DNA of 64,000 bases from Pseudomonadota bacterium. GTDB taxonomy: Bacteria > Pseudomonadota > Alphaproteobacteria > SHVZ01. Shown here piece by piece: positions 1 to 10,698 of the stretch; position 1 is the stretch's first letter, and every line of letters starts with the position of its first letter. The translations under genes and the position numbers were made by a program. The stretch lies in NCBI GenBank assembly GCA_016195085.1, contig JACQAG010000071.1, forward strand, positions 63,093 to 127,092, given 5' to 3'. The notes under the pieces were generated by a model. The model was not told the DNA's origin. It worked only from the letters and a program-made list of their open reading frames with translations, and did not search any database.

Positions 1-663
1 CAGGGCCTGCCGCACGGGATCTTCGTCAAGGCCGGGATCGCCAGTGTCGAGCAGCTCAGGGGCAAGGCCTTCGCCATCTCAGCCCCGGGGGCGATGCCGG
101 ATTCGCTGGCCCGAGCGCTCCTCGACAAGCACAGCATTCCGTCGGCCGACGTGCGCTTCGTCAATCTCGGCAGCGATCTCGATCGCTTCAAGGCGCTGGC
201 CGCCGGCGTGGTCGATGCCGCGGTCGTCTCCGGGGAATACCTGCCGATCGCCCAGGATCAGGGTCTGAAGCTCCTGGTTCCTGGCCGCGAGGTGCTGCCG
301 AACTACATACGCAACTGCACGATGATGACCGGCAAGACCCTGGCCGGGCGCCCCGAGGATGCTGTCCGCTTCCTCGCCGCGGAAATTTCCGGTCTCCGCT
401 ATGCGCTCTCCCACCGCGAGGAAGCCCTCAAGCTGGCGCGAGAGATCACCGAAGCCAAGCCCGGCGATCCGCGCGCGGCCTATATTTTCGACGACGCCGT
501 CAGCTCGGGCGCCGTCGACCCCGACATGCCGATTCCGATCGAGAAGATCGCCTGGATGCAGGACCTCCTGGTCAGGAGCGGCGACATGACCCAGCCCGGC
601 GACGTGGCGAAGATGATCGATCCCAGGCCGCGGGAGAAGGCGCTGGCGCTCCTCGGTCCGTGA
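1..663 (+). CDS. ABC transporter substrate-binding protein, NMT1/SsuA/TauA-like (nitrate/sulfonate/taurine family); 5' end lies outside the window
   Basis: Frame 1 is open from base 1 and continues into the 94..663 ORF (QGLPHGIFVKAGIASVEQLRGKAFAIS...GLKLLVPGREVLPNYIRNCTMMTG). Periplasmic-binding-protein-like sequence directly upstream of the cognate ATPase and permease. Confidence 0.65.
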   Translation, partial: QGLPHGIFVKAGIASVEQLRGKAFAISAPGAMPDSLARALLDKHSIPSADVRFVNLGSDLDRFKALAAGVVDAAVVSGEYLPIAQDQGLKLLVPGREVLPNYIRNCTMMTGKTLAGRPEDAVRFLAAEISGLRYALSHREEALKLAREITEAKPGDPRAAYIFDDAVSSGAVDPDMPIPIEKIAWMQDLLVRSGDMTQPGDVAKMIDPRPREKALALLGP

Positions 664-709
664 GCCGGAGAATGGACCGGCACCCCTCATCGATGCGGCG
701 GGGCCTTCC

Positions 710-1492
710 GTGGCCGTGGTGAGGCTGATCGAGATCTCCAAGCGCTTCCCGGTCCGTATCCGCGGTGCCGCGCACAGCGTCTTGGCGGTCGACCGCGTGA
801 GCCTCACCGTCGGCGACGGCGAGATCGTGGCGATCATCGGACCGAGCGGCTGCGGCAAGACCACGGCGCTGCGCATCGTCATGGGGCTGGAGACGGCGAC
901 CAGCGGGCGCGTGCTGGTGGACGAGCGGGAGGTCCGCGGCTGCGGCTATGATCGCGGCATGGTCTTTCAGCAGGCCCAGCTCCTGCCCTGGCTGACGGCC
1001 TTGCAGAATGTGATGTTCGCCCTCGAGCTGAAAGGGATGCAGGGGAGCGAGCTGCGCGATACGGCAGTCTCCTGTCTCGATCTCGTCGGGCTCGCGGACT
1101 CGCTGGATCGCCGGCCGCACCAGCTCTCCGGCGGCATGCAGCAGCGCGTCGGCATCGCCCGCGCCCTGGCGATCGATCCGAAGGTGCTGCTGTTGGACGA
1201 GCCCTTCGGCGCCATCGACGCGCAGACGCGCGAGGGGCTGCAGGAGGAGTTCCTCAGAATCCACGCAAGCAGCGGCAAGACGGTCTTGTTCGTGACCCAC
1301 GACCTGGATGAGGCAGTCTTGGTCGCCGATCGGGTGGCGGTGATGAGGGAAGGACGCCTGCAGGAGATCATCGAGGTGCCGCTGGAGCGGCCGCGGGGCG
1401 ACTCGGCGGCGATCAGGGCGCTCCCGGCTTTCGTGGAGACCCGCCACCTGATCTGGCAGGCGCTCCGGGTTGCCAAGGAGCCGGTCAATTGA
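710..1492 (+). CDS. ABC transporter ATP-binding protein (NitT/TauT family)
   Basis: Walker A GPSGCGKTT, ABC signature LSGGMQQRVGIARAL, Walker B LLLDEPFGAIDAQTRE. 4-bp overlap with the downstream permease gene. Confidence 0.85.
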   Translation: MAVVRLIEISKRFPVRIRGAAHSVLAVDRVSLTVGDGEIVAIIGPSGCGKTTALRIVMGLETATSGRVLVDEREVRGCGYDRGMVFQQAQLLPWLTALQNVMFALELKGMQGSELRDTAVSCLDLVGLADSLDRRPHQLSGGMQQRVGIARALAIDPKVLLLDEPFGAIDAQTREGLQEEFLRIHASSGKTVLFVTHDLDEAVLVADRVAVMREGRLQEIIEVPLERPRGDSAAIRALPAFVETRHLIWQALRVAKEPVN

Positions 1493-2289
1493 CCCCGCGC
1501 GAGACGAACGAAGCGTCGTCGCGGCCGATCCCGAGCTGGGTGGTGACGCTCTCCTCGCTGGCGGTGTTCCTCGGTGCTTGGGAGCTCTTCGGCCGCGACA
1601 TCAATCCGGTCTTCGGTTCCTATCCGAGCGCCATCGCGATCGCCTTCGGGGAGCTGGTCGCCAACGGCAAGCTCGTCGCGGCCCTCCATGACAGCCTCAG
1701 ACCCTTCCTCCTCGGCTACGCCTTGGCGATCGTCGTCGGCGTGCCGCTCGGCCTGGTGATCGGGCGGTTTCGGATCTTGGAGGCAGCGCTCGGCATCTAC
1801 ATCACCGCCGGCTATGCCATGCCGCTGGTGGCTCTGGTGCCGTTGCTGATCCTGTGGCTCGGCCTCGGCTTTGCCGTCAAGGTCGCGATCGTGTTTCTGA
1901 TGTCGCTGTTTCCGATCGCGATCAACACCTGGCTGGGGGTCGCCGCGGTGCCTAAGACCCTGATCGAGGTGGGCAAGTCCTTCGTCGCCTCGGATATGAC
2001 GATCCTGCGACGGATCATCCTGCCGGCGACCTTGCCCTACATCCTGGCCGGCACCCGGCTGGCGGTCGGCCGAGCGGTGGTCGCCATGGTGATCGCGGAG
2101 TTCTTCACCACCATTTCCGGGCTGGGTGCGATCATCATCAATTCGGCCAACAATTTCGACACGGCGCGCATGTTCGTGCCGATCGTGGTGCTGATGGCGT
2201 TGGCGATCGGCCTCAATGCGCTCATCGGCGCCCTCGAGCGGCGGCTCGCACCCTGGCAGGCGGAGCTATCCGGCCGCGAGGATCGCTGA
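1489..2289 (+). CDS. ABC transporter permease (binding-protein-dependent inner membrane component, SsuC/TauC-like)
   Basis: Six hydrophobic segments; an EAA-like loop (SFVASDMTILRRIILPATLPYILAGTRLA); start overlaps the ATPase stop. Confidence 0.85.
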   Translation: MTPRETNEASSRPIPSWVVTLSSLAVFLGAWELFGRDINPVFGSYPSAIAIAFGELVANGKLVAALHDSLRPFLLGYALAIVVGVPLGLVIGRFRILEAALGIYITAGYAMPLVALVPLLILWLGLGFAVKVAIVFLMSLFPIAINTWLGVAAVPKTLIEVGKSFVASDMTILRRIILPATLPYILAGTRLAVGRAVVAMVIAEFFTTISGLGAIIINSANNFDTARMFVPIVVLMALAIGLNALIGALERRLAPWQAELSGREDR

Positions 2290-2333
2290 CGGGCTAGGCT
2301 AATGCGGAAACGGTACGGCTCCCTCAACTCCAC

Positions 2334-2418
2334 TTCGTCATGCGCGGGCTTGACCCGCACATCCACGTCGTGCCGCTGTTCGATCCAAGACGTGGACCCC
2401 CGGGACAAGCCCGGGGGT
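2334..2418. repeat. Compound REP element (Bradyrhizobiaceae-type, three consecutive stem-loops), copy D1
   Basis: TTCGTCATGCGCGGGCTTGACCCGCACATCCACGTC, then CCACGTCgtgccgctgttcgatccaaGACGTGG, then ACCCCCGGGacaagCCCGGGGGT. The first module recurs at 36247..36282 (same orientation) and 37267..37302 (inverted). Confidence 0.65.
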
Positions 2419-2471
2419 GACGCAATGAGGAGCGATGCCGCCTAGGCGGAACCTGCGCAAGCCCCTAGCGG

Positions 2472-2900
2472 CTAGGCCGCGGGAATCCGGAAGCGGCCGG
2501 TCTCCGGGCAGACCTCGATCCGGTCGTTGAGCTCGGTCAGTCGGCGCACCAAGGTCCGCATGAGCGCCGCCACGCCGGGAGTGGCGTCCTCCAGCAGCTT
2601 CTCGAGATTGCCCGTGGTCAGCACCACGCACTCCGTCGGCCCGGCGGCGCGCGCGTTGGTGCTGCGCCGGCCGGTATTGAACAGCGCCATCTCGCCGAAG
2701 ATCTCGTTCGCTCCGAGCGTGGCGATGACGATCTCCTGACCGTCATGCACCTTGTAGATGTCGACCGCGCCCCGCTTGATGAGAAAAGCATGGGAGCCCG
2801 GCTCGTCGGCGCGGAAGATCATTTGGCCTATCTGGAACAGCCGACGATCCAGCACGCGCGTCGCCGCGCGCGCGCCGGACGCATTCGGATTGTCGATCAT
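2472..2900 (-). CDS. Stand-alone cyclic-nucleotide-binding (CAP effector) domain protein, no HTH
   Basis: cNMP-binding signature FGEMALFNTGRRSTNARAAGPTECVVL. ATG at 2900 is preceded by GGAGGG; the longer ORF extending to 3014 lacks an SD. Confidence 0.6.
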   Translation of the reverse strand: MIDNPNASGARAATRVLDRRLFQIGQMIFRADEPGSHAFLIKRGAVDIYKVHDGQEIVIATLGANEIFGEMALFNTGRRSTNARAAGPTECVVLTTGNLEKLLEDATPGVAALMRTLVRRLTELNDRIEVCPETGRFRIPAA

Positions 2901-3076
2901 CGGATCCCTCCATGCCTGGTCCTGGCGTCGGGCCGACACCATAACATCCAGCGACCGATCCTGGCCCGGGTTCCGGGGTTTTGATACCCCCGGCGCGGCT
3001 ATCGGTTCAATCATTCCAGCCTATGGCGGAAACGACCGGTGCGCGATCGGCCCGCACCTGATAAAGCTCGCCCGCC

Positions 3077-4888
<1,812 letters not shown>

Positions 4889-4984
4889 GCCATGACGGAC
4901 ATTAACATTTTGTAACCGTTGCAGGCTGCGAGGAGGCCCCCCACATGATGGCGGGACCAATCGACCCTCCTTAACAGGTGAGCC

Positions 4985-5695
4985 ATGACCCCAGAGGAAC
5001 GCGCTCTCATCACCGGCCTCTTCGCCAAGCTGAAGACGGCCGATACCGCAGAGAAAGACCGCGAGGCCGAGGACTTGATCCGCCGGCTGGTGGCCGAGCA
5101 GCCGAGCGTCTCCTATCTCCTGACCCAGACGGTGCTGGTGCAGGAGCAGGCGCTGGCGGGGGCGCAGGCGAGGATCGCCGAGCTCGAGGCCAAGGCGAAG
5201 GCGGCCGCTTCATCGTCCGGCGCCGGCACCAGCTTCCTAGGCGGCGCCGCCAAGAGCGGGCCGTGGGGCTCGTTCACCTCGGCGCAGCGACCGGCGGCGC
5301 CGATGCAGGCGCAAGCCGCACCCGCCATGCCGCCGATGCCGGGGCAACCCATGGCGGCTCCAGCCGCAGGCGGCGGCTTCCTCCATGCCGCGCTCGCAAC
5401 CGCAGCCGGCGTCGCCGGCGGCGCCTTGCTGTTCGAGGGCATCCGCGGGCTGATGGGCCACAGCGCCGGTCCGTTCTCCTCCGCGCTCGGCACCACCGTC
5501 AGCCAGCCCGGCGTGACCGAGATCACCAACAACTATTACGGCGACAGCGCCGCGGCGGGGCGCAACGCGCCGGGCGTGGTGGACACCGCCTATCAGCCAG
5601 ACGATCCCGCCAGCGCCGGGCTCACCGACGCCAGCTACCAGAGCGACAGCGACGATAACGCCGGCGGCTTCGATTCCTCCGACGACTCGGCCTAG
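4985..5695 (+). CDS. DUF2076-like protein (N-terminal MTPEERALITGLFAKL helix, then a low-complexity Ala/Gly/Pro/Asp-rich tail)
   Basis: ATG preceded by AGGTGAG. N-terminal ~70 aa resembles the DUF2076 family; acidic C-terminus. Confidence 0.55.
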   Translation: MTPEERALITGLFAKLKTADTAEKDREAEDLIRRLVAEQPSVSYLLTQTVLVQEQALAGAQARIAELEAKAKAAASSSGAGTSFLGGAAKSGPWGSFTSAQRPAAPMQAQAAPAMPPMPGQPMAAPAAGGGFLHAALATAAGVAGGALLFEGIRGLMGHSAGPFSSALGTTVSQPGVTEITNNYYGDSAAAGRNAPGVVDTAYQPDDPASAGLTDASYQSDSDDNAGGFDSSDDSA

Positions 5696-5701
5696 CCCCG
5701 G

Positions 5702-6697
5702 CTAAGCGCGTGCGCTGGTTTTGAAGCGCCGCGCCTCGGTTGGGTTGACCGCGAATTTCGGCATCTCGCCGGCGAGGATCTGGCGCACCTGATCCACCGT
5801 GTCCTGCGCCTGGGATTCCATGGAATCCGGCACCATGCCGCCGATATGCGGGGCCGCGATGACGTTGGCAAGCCGGCCGAGCTTGACCGGCGGAATGTCG
5901 TCTGGCTCGTTGCCGACATCAAGCGCGGCACCGGCGATGCGTTTCTCCCGGAGCGCCGCCACCAGGTCGTCTTCGATCAGCACCGGCCCGCGCGAAGGGT
6001 TGATGAGGAAGGCGGTCGGTTTCATGCGCCGGAAGAAGCCGGCATTCAGCATTCCCTCCGTCTCCTTGCTGTGCACCGCGAGGCACAGCACGAAATCGGC
6101 TTCGCCAAGCAGACGATCGAGATCGACGAGCAAGACCGCCGCCGCCGCCGTCTTGGCATAGGGGTCGTGCACCAGCACGCGCATGCCGAGGAAGGCCAAG
6201 ACGTCGGCCATGCGCCGGCCGAGATTGCCATAGCCGATGACCCCCGCGGTCTTGCCGGCGAGCTGGATGCCCAGCCGCTGCTCGGGAATGCGTCCGGCGC
6301 GATAGGCGGCGACATAGTCGGAGGTACCGCGGGCGAGATCCACCATCTGGCCCAGGAGCAGCTCGACCACGGCGGGGATGAAGCCCGGTCCGGCACGCGT
6401 CACCAGCACGCCGGAAGCCGAGGCGGCGGGCACATCGATGTTGCGGATATCCATGGCGTTGCGAACCAGCGCGATGAGCCGCGGCAGACCTTGGAACAGG
6501 TGGGCGGGCGCCGGCGTCAGCCGGTCGGAGACGATGATGGCGCAGTCCCGGGCGCGCTCGATCAGCCTGTCCGGCGCCAGGATGTCGTCGGTCTCGTTGA
6601 GCGCGAGCGTGCCCAGGGCCGCAAGCCCGGCAACCGCCTTCGCGCCGTATTTCTGCTCGCGCATCGTCTTTGGATGCGTCAACAAGATGCCAACCAT
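5702..6697 (-). CDS. D-isomer-specific 2-hydroxyacid dehydrogenase (glyoxylate/hydroxypyruvate reductase-like)
   Basis: NAD-binding GKTAGVIGYGNLGRR; catalytic region LINPSRGPVLIEDDLVAALREKRIAGAALDV...PHIGG. Start taken at MVGILLT (6697); the ORF extension upstream to 7582 is low-complexity. Confidence 0.75.
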   Translation of the reverse strand: MVGILLTHPKTMREQKYGAKAVAGLAALGTLALNETDDILAPDRLIERARDCAIIVSDRLTPAPAHLFQGLPRLIALVRNAMDIRNIDVPAASASGVLVTRAGPGFIPAVVELLLGQMVDLARGTSDYVAAYRAGRIPEQRLGIQLAGKTAGVIGYGNLGRRMADVLAFLGMRVLVHDPYAKTAAAAVLLVDLDRLLGEADFVLCLAVHSKETEGMLNAGFFRRMKPTAFLINPSRGPVLIEDDLVAALREKRIAGAALDVGNEPDDIPPVKLGRLANVIAAPHIGGMVPDSMESQAQDTVDQVRQILAGEMPKFAVNPTEARRFKTSARA

Positions 6698-6820
6698 GTC
6701 CCTCGTCCCTGGGGTGTGAGGCGGCGAGCATGACGGAAGAGAAGCGGCGGTGACAAGCCGCGGCAGCTGAGGCAGGCTGCACCGGCCCCCCGGATAGGCG
6801 GGCCCAGAGCCAGAGGAATC

Positions 6821-7690
6821 ATGGCCGAGCCGCTCCGCACCACCCTTCCCTTCGATCCGACGCCGCAAGCGCCCAAGCACAAGACCCCGCCGGGGGCGTG
6901 CGATTGCCACGCCCATGTGTTCGGACCCTTCGATCGGTTTCCGCTCCAGGCGAAGCGCGGCTACACGCCGGGTCTCGCCAGCAAGTACGACTATCGGAGA
7001 ATGCTGGATCGGATCGGTGTTGCCCGCGGCGTCCTGGTGCAGCCTTCGGTCTACGGCACCGACAACCGCGCCATGGAGGAGGCCCTCGCCGCCGATCCCA
7101 AGCGGCTGCGCGGCGTGGCCGTGCTCGAGCCCACGGTGAGCGAGGCCGAGCTCGATCGCCTGCACGCGCTCGGCGTGCGCGCCATCCGCCTCTCCGACAG
7201 CATGGTGGGTGCCGTCTCGCTCCGGCATCTGGAGCCCATGGCGACACGGCTCAAGCCCCGGGGCTGGCACATTCAGCTGATGGTCGACGTGACCGCCGAT
7301 CCCGCCTTGGTCGAGCGGGTGGCCCACCTTGCGGTGCCGGCCGTGTTCGATCACATGGGATCGATGCGGCCGGAGAAGGGCCTGGGCGATCCGGGTTTCC
7401 GCGGCTTGCTGCAGCTCCTCGCCAAGCGCGGCTGCTGGGTCAAGCTGTCCGGCCCCTATCTCGATCCGAAGGCGCGCCCGCCCTATGCCGCGGTCACGCC
7501 GATCGCATCGGCCCTGGCGGCGGCGGCACCGGACCGCTGCCTCTGGGGCACGGACTGGCCGCATCCGGCGGTCGCCAGCCACATGCCCGACGACGGCCAG
7601 CTCCTCGACCTCATCGCCGAGTGGGTGCCGGACGCGGCGAGCCGTCGGCGCATCCTCGTCGACAACCCGGCATCGCTTTATCAGTTCTGA
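6821..7690 (+). CDS. Amidohydrolase-2 family protein (LigI/lactonase-like metal-dependent hydrolase)
   Basis: N-terminal metal-binding CDCHAHVFGP motif; conserved WGTDWPHP near the C-terminus; GAGGAA SD before the ATG. Confidence 0.75.
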   Translation: MAEPLRTTLPFDPTPQAPKHKTPPGACDCHAHVFGPFDRFPLQAKRGYTPGLASKYDYRRMLDRIGVARGVLVQPSVYGTDNRAMEEALAADPKRLRGVAVLEPTVSEAELDRLHALGVRAIRLSDSMVGAVSLRHLEPMATRLKPRGWHIQLMVDVTADPALVERVAHLAVPAVFDHMGSMRPEKGLGDPGFRGLLQLLAKRGCWVKLSGPYLDPKARPPYAAVTPIASALAAAAPDRCLWGTDWPHPAVASHMPDDGQLLDLIAEWVPDAASRRRILVDNPASLYQF

Positions 7691-7732
7691 GGCAGTACGC
7701 CCCGGGGGCGCTGCGTAGAGCGGTCGTCGCCA

Positions 7733-8230
7733 TCAGTACCGAATCTTGTCTGGCTTCGCCAACCACTCCTGGAACACCAGCTTCGCCTCCTCGGAGCCGA
7801 GCCGGATGAGAGGCACCGAGCGGTCGTCGATGCCGGCCTGAAACTCTTGGTAGATGCGGGCATCGTCGAAACCGATCGCCGCCGCGTCGGCACGCGTGTT
7901 GGCATAGTAGACGCAGTCCAGCCGCGCCCAATAGATGGCGCCGAGGCACATCGGGCACGGCTCGCAGCTGGTATAGATCTCGCAACCGGCGAGGCTGAAG
8001 GAGCCGAGCGCCTCGCAGGCCGCCCTGATCGCCACGACCTCGGCATGCGCGGTCGGATCCTTGGCCGAGGTAACCTGGTTATGTCCACAGGCGATGACGG
8101 TGCCGTCGCGCGCGATGACGGCGCCGAACGGCCCGCCGACACCCTCCCGCATCTTCTCGGCGGACAGGGCGATGGCGCGGCGCATCAGTTCCAATTGCAA
8201 GGCCTCAGGTGGGCGCATCGACACTCGCAC
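7733..8230 (-). CDS. CDA-fold nucleoside/guanine deaminase (GuaD/TadA family)
   Basis: Zinc motifs HAEVVAIRAA and SCEPCPMCLGAIYWARL; sits beside the urate/xanthine genes. Exact start uncertain (8230, 8218 or 8185). Confidence 0.7.
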   Translation of the reverse strand: MRVSMRPPEALQLELMRRAIALSAEKMREGVGGPFGAVIARDGTVIACGHNQVTSAKDPTAHAEVVAIRAACEALGSFSLAGCEIYTSCEPCPMCLGAIYWARLDCVYYANTRADAAAIGFDDARIYQEFQAGIDDRSVPLIRLGSEEAKLVFQEWLAKPDKIRY

Positions 8231-8414
8231 GCATCCGATCAGATTCCGAGACTAGCAAAACCAATGCCGGAACGAATACCGCCATTGCGGCCGTCGCGCA
8301 GCGGCCGATGTCCGCCCGCACCGTTCGCATTCCGGCGAGGTTTCGAGCGCAAGACGGCACTTTTTCGGACGGAACCGGCGGCGTATCGTCGGCTCCGAGC
8401 AATGCGGGGGCGGC

Positions 8415-9641
8415 ATGAGCGCGATCGACATCGTCCTGACCGAGTGGCTGAGCGCCGGGCTGCGCTGGCTGCACGTCCTTGCCGGCATTTCCTGGATCGG
8501 CAGCTCGTTCTATTTCATCCATCTCGATCTCAGTCTCAGGCCCACGCCTGGGCGCCCCGAGGGCACCCAGGGCGAGGCCTGGCAGGTGCATGGCGGCGGC
8601 TTCTATAACATGGTGAAGTACCTGGTGGCGCCGGCGCGCCTGCCCAGGGAGCTCACCTGGTTCAAATGGGAGGCCTATACGACTTGGCTCAGCGGCTTCT
8701 CGCTGCTGATCGTGACCTATTACTGGAGCGCCGATCTCTTCTTTGTCGACCGCGCGGTGCTCGACATCGGCACCGCCGCCGCGATCACCCTCAGCCTCGG
8801 CACGCTCCTTGCCGGCTGGCTCGCCTACGAGGCGATGTGCCGCTCTTCCCTCGGCCGTGACGAGGTCCGTCTCGCGCTGGTCGGCTTTGTCTTCCTAGTA
8901 GGACTCGCCTGGGGCTTTACGCACGCCTTCAGCGGTCGCGGCGCCTTCATTCAGATGGGGGCGCTCATCGGCACGATGATGGTGGCGAACGTTTTCGTCG
9001 TCATCATCCCCAATCAGAAAAGGGTCGTGGCGGCGTTGCTCGCCGGGGCGGCACCCGATCCGGACCTCGGCAAGCAGGCGAAGCAGCGCTCGGTCCACAA
9101 CAACTACCTGACCTTGCCGGTCGTCTTCCTGATGCTCGCCAACCACTATCCGCTGTTCTTCGCCACCCGTTACAACTGGCTCATCTTCGCGATCGTGCTG
9201 CTGATCGGCTTCATCATCCGCCATTTCTACAATTTGCGTCATGCGGGTTTGCCGAACCCGTGGTGGACCTGGGTCGCCGCGGCGATCGGCATGGCGGCGA
9301 TCGCCTTTCTCTCCTGGGCGGGCGCACGCTCCGGGGGCGCCGCCGCGGCGTCCGGCACGCCGCCCCCATCTTTCGATCAGGTCGCCGAGATCATCGCCAC
9401 GCGCTGCAGCATGTGCCATATGGCCGAGCCCGTCTGGAACGGCTTCATCCACGCCCCCGACGATGTGCTGCTCGATACGCCCGACGACATTGCGGCGCGC
9501 GCGCGGCAAATCATGATCTTTGCCGTGCTGACCGACGCGATGCCGCCCGGCAACGTCACCCTGATTACCGAGGAGGAAAGGCGGCTGGTTGGCGCGGGCC
9601 TGGCCGGTCGCGCGGCGTGGTGGCCGGGCGTGAGACCATGA
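8415..9641 (+). CDS. puuD: Urate hydroxylase PuuD (membrane-bound, C-terminal cytochrome c domain)
   Basis: About 8 TM helices in the N-terminal domain; C-terminal heme motif CSMCH. Followed by the OHCU decarboxylase/HIU hydrolase gene and xdhAB. Confidence 0.8.
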   Translation: MSAIDIVLTEWLSAGLRWLHVLAGISWIGSSFYFIHLDLSLRPTPGRPEGTQGEAWQVHGGGFYNMVKYLVAPARLPRELTWFKWEAYTTWLSGFSLLIVTYYWSADLFFVDRAVLDIGTAAAITLSLGTLLAGWLAYEAMCRSSLGRDEVRLALVGFVFLVGLAWGFTHAFSGRGAFIQMGALIGTMMVANVFVVIIPNQKRVVAALLAGAAPDPDLGKQAKQRSVHNNYLTLPVVFLMLANHYPLFFATRYNWLIFAIVLLIGFIIRHFYNLRHAGLPNPWWTWVAAAIGMAAIAFLSWAGARSGGAAAASGTPPPSFDQVAEIIATRCSMCHMAEPVWNGFIHAPDDVLLDTPDDIAARARQIMIFAVLTDAMPPGNVTLITEEERRLVGAGLAGRAAWWPGVRP

Positions 9642-10537
9642 GCGGCACGGCGCGGACCGTGTCGCTGACGACGCTGAACGCGCTTTCGGTGGCCGATTTA
9701 TCCCAGCACCTCGGCAACGTCTACGAGCATGCACCCTGGGTCGCCGCAGCGGCGGCGGCGGCGCGCCCCTTCGCGACGACCGTCGCCCTCCACCAAGCCA
9801 TGAGCGCGGCAATTCACCAAGCCTCCGAGGCCGAGCGTCTGGCCTTCGTCCGCGGCCATCCCGATCTCGCGGGCAAGGCGGCACGGACCGGCGCGCTCAC
9901 CGCGGACTCGACCGGCGAGCAGGCGAGCGCCGGGCTCGACCAGCTCGGCGAAGCGGAGTTCGCCGCGTTCCACCGCCTCAACGACGCCTACCGGGCAAAG
10001 TTCGGCTTTCCCTTCATCATCTGCGTCCGTCGCCACACCAGGGCGTCGATCCTGGCGAGTTTCGAGAAGCGTCTCGCCCACGCGCCCGCGACCGAGCTCG
10101 CGACCGCGCTCGACGAGATCGATCGCATCGCCGCCCTGCGCCTCGACGCGCTCGTCACCGGCGAGGGACGGCTCAACCTCGCCGGTCGCCTGTCGACGCA
10201 TGTGCTCGACACCCTTGCCGGGAGGTCCGCCGCCGGCCTCGCCATCGAGCTGCGCGAGCTCTCGGCGAGCGGCGGCGATCGTCTTGTCGCGCGCGCCGTC
10301 ACCAATGAGGACGGCCGCACCGACGCTCCGCTCATTGCCGGTCGCCCGGTGCCGATCGGTCGCTACGAGCTCGCCTTCGCGGTCGGCGACTACTTTGCCG
10401 ATCGCGGCGTCCGCGTCGCCGACCCGCCCTTCCTAGACATCGTGCCGATCCGTTTTTCCGTCGCCGAGGCGGAAGGCCGCTATCACGTGCCGCTGCTGAT
10501 CACGCCCTGGTCCTATTCGACCTATCGCGGGAGCTGA
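9638..10537 (+). CDS. Bifunctional OHCU decarboxylase / 5-hydroxyisourate hydrolase (uraD-uraH fusion)
   Basis: N-terminal OHCU-decarboxylase-like region (HAPWVAAAAA...FVRGHPDLAGK). C-terminal transthyretin-like HIUase ending in the YRGS signature. ATG overlaps the puuD stop (ATGA). Confidence 0.8.
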   Translation: MSGTARTVSLTTLNALSVADLSQHLGNVYEHAPWVAAAAAAARPFATTVALHQAMSAAIHQASEAERLAFVRGHPDLAGKAARTGALTADSTGEQASAGLDQLGEAEFAAFHRLNDAYRAKFGFPFIICVRRHTRASILASFEKRLAHAPATELATALDEIDRIAALRLDALVTGEGRLNLAGRLSTHVLDTLAGRSAAGLAIELRELSASGGDRLVARAVTNEDGRTDAPLIAGRPVPIGRYELAFAVGDYFADRGVRVADPPFLDIVPIRFSVAEAEGRYHVPLLITPWSYSTYRGS

Positions 10538-10698
10538 ATTCGGCGATCGCGGCGCGGCGGCCCCTTGATGGGCTGCGGCGCGCCTGCGCTGACGAGGTGG
10601 TAGCCGGGATCCGCGTAGACCCGCTTGCCTCTTTCGGCAACGGCTCGGACGAAATCTGCGCTTCGCGCCAATGCAAGACCCGCGGTACTCTCTAGTCC

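Noticed and set aside
5702-7582. 626-aa version of the 2-hydroxyacid dehydrogenase ORF extending about 880 bp upstream
   Set aside because: The N-terminal 295 aa are low-complexity, run antisense through the amidohydrolase gene, and have no homology. The dehydrogenase fold begins at MVGILLT (6697), which has an SD-like GAGGG upstream.
9260-9637. N-terminal extension of the OHCU decarboxylase/HIUase ORF into puuD
   Set aside because: The extension overlaps the puuD coding frame and is Arg-rich junk. The ATG at 9638 overlaps the puuD stop in the classic ATGA coupling.
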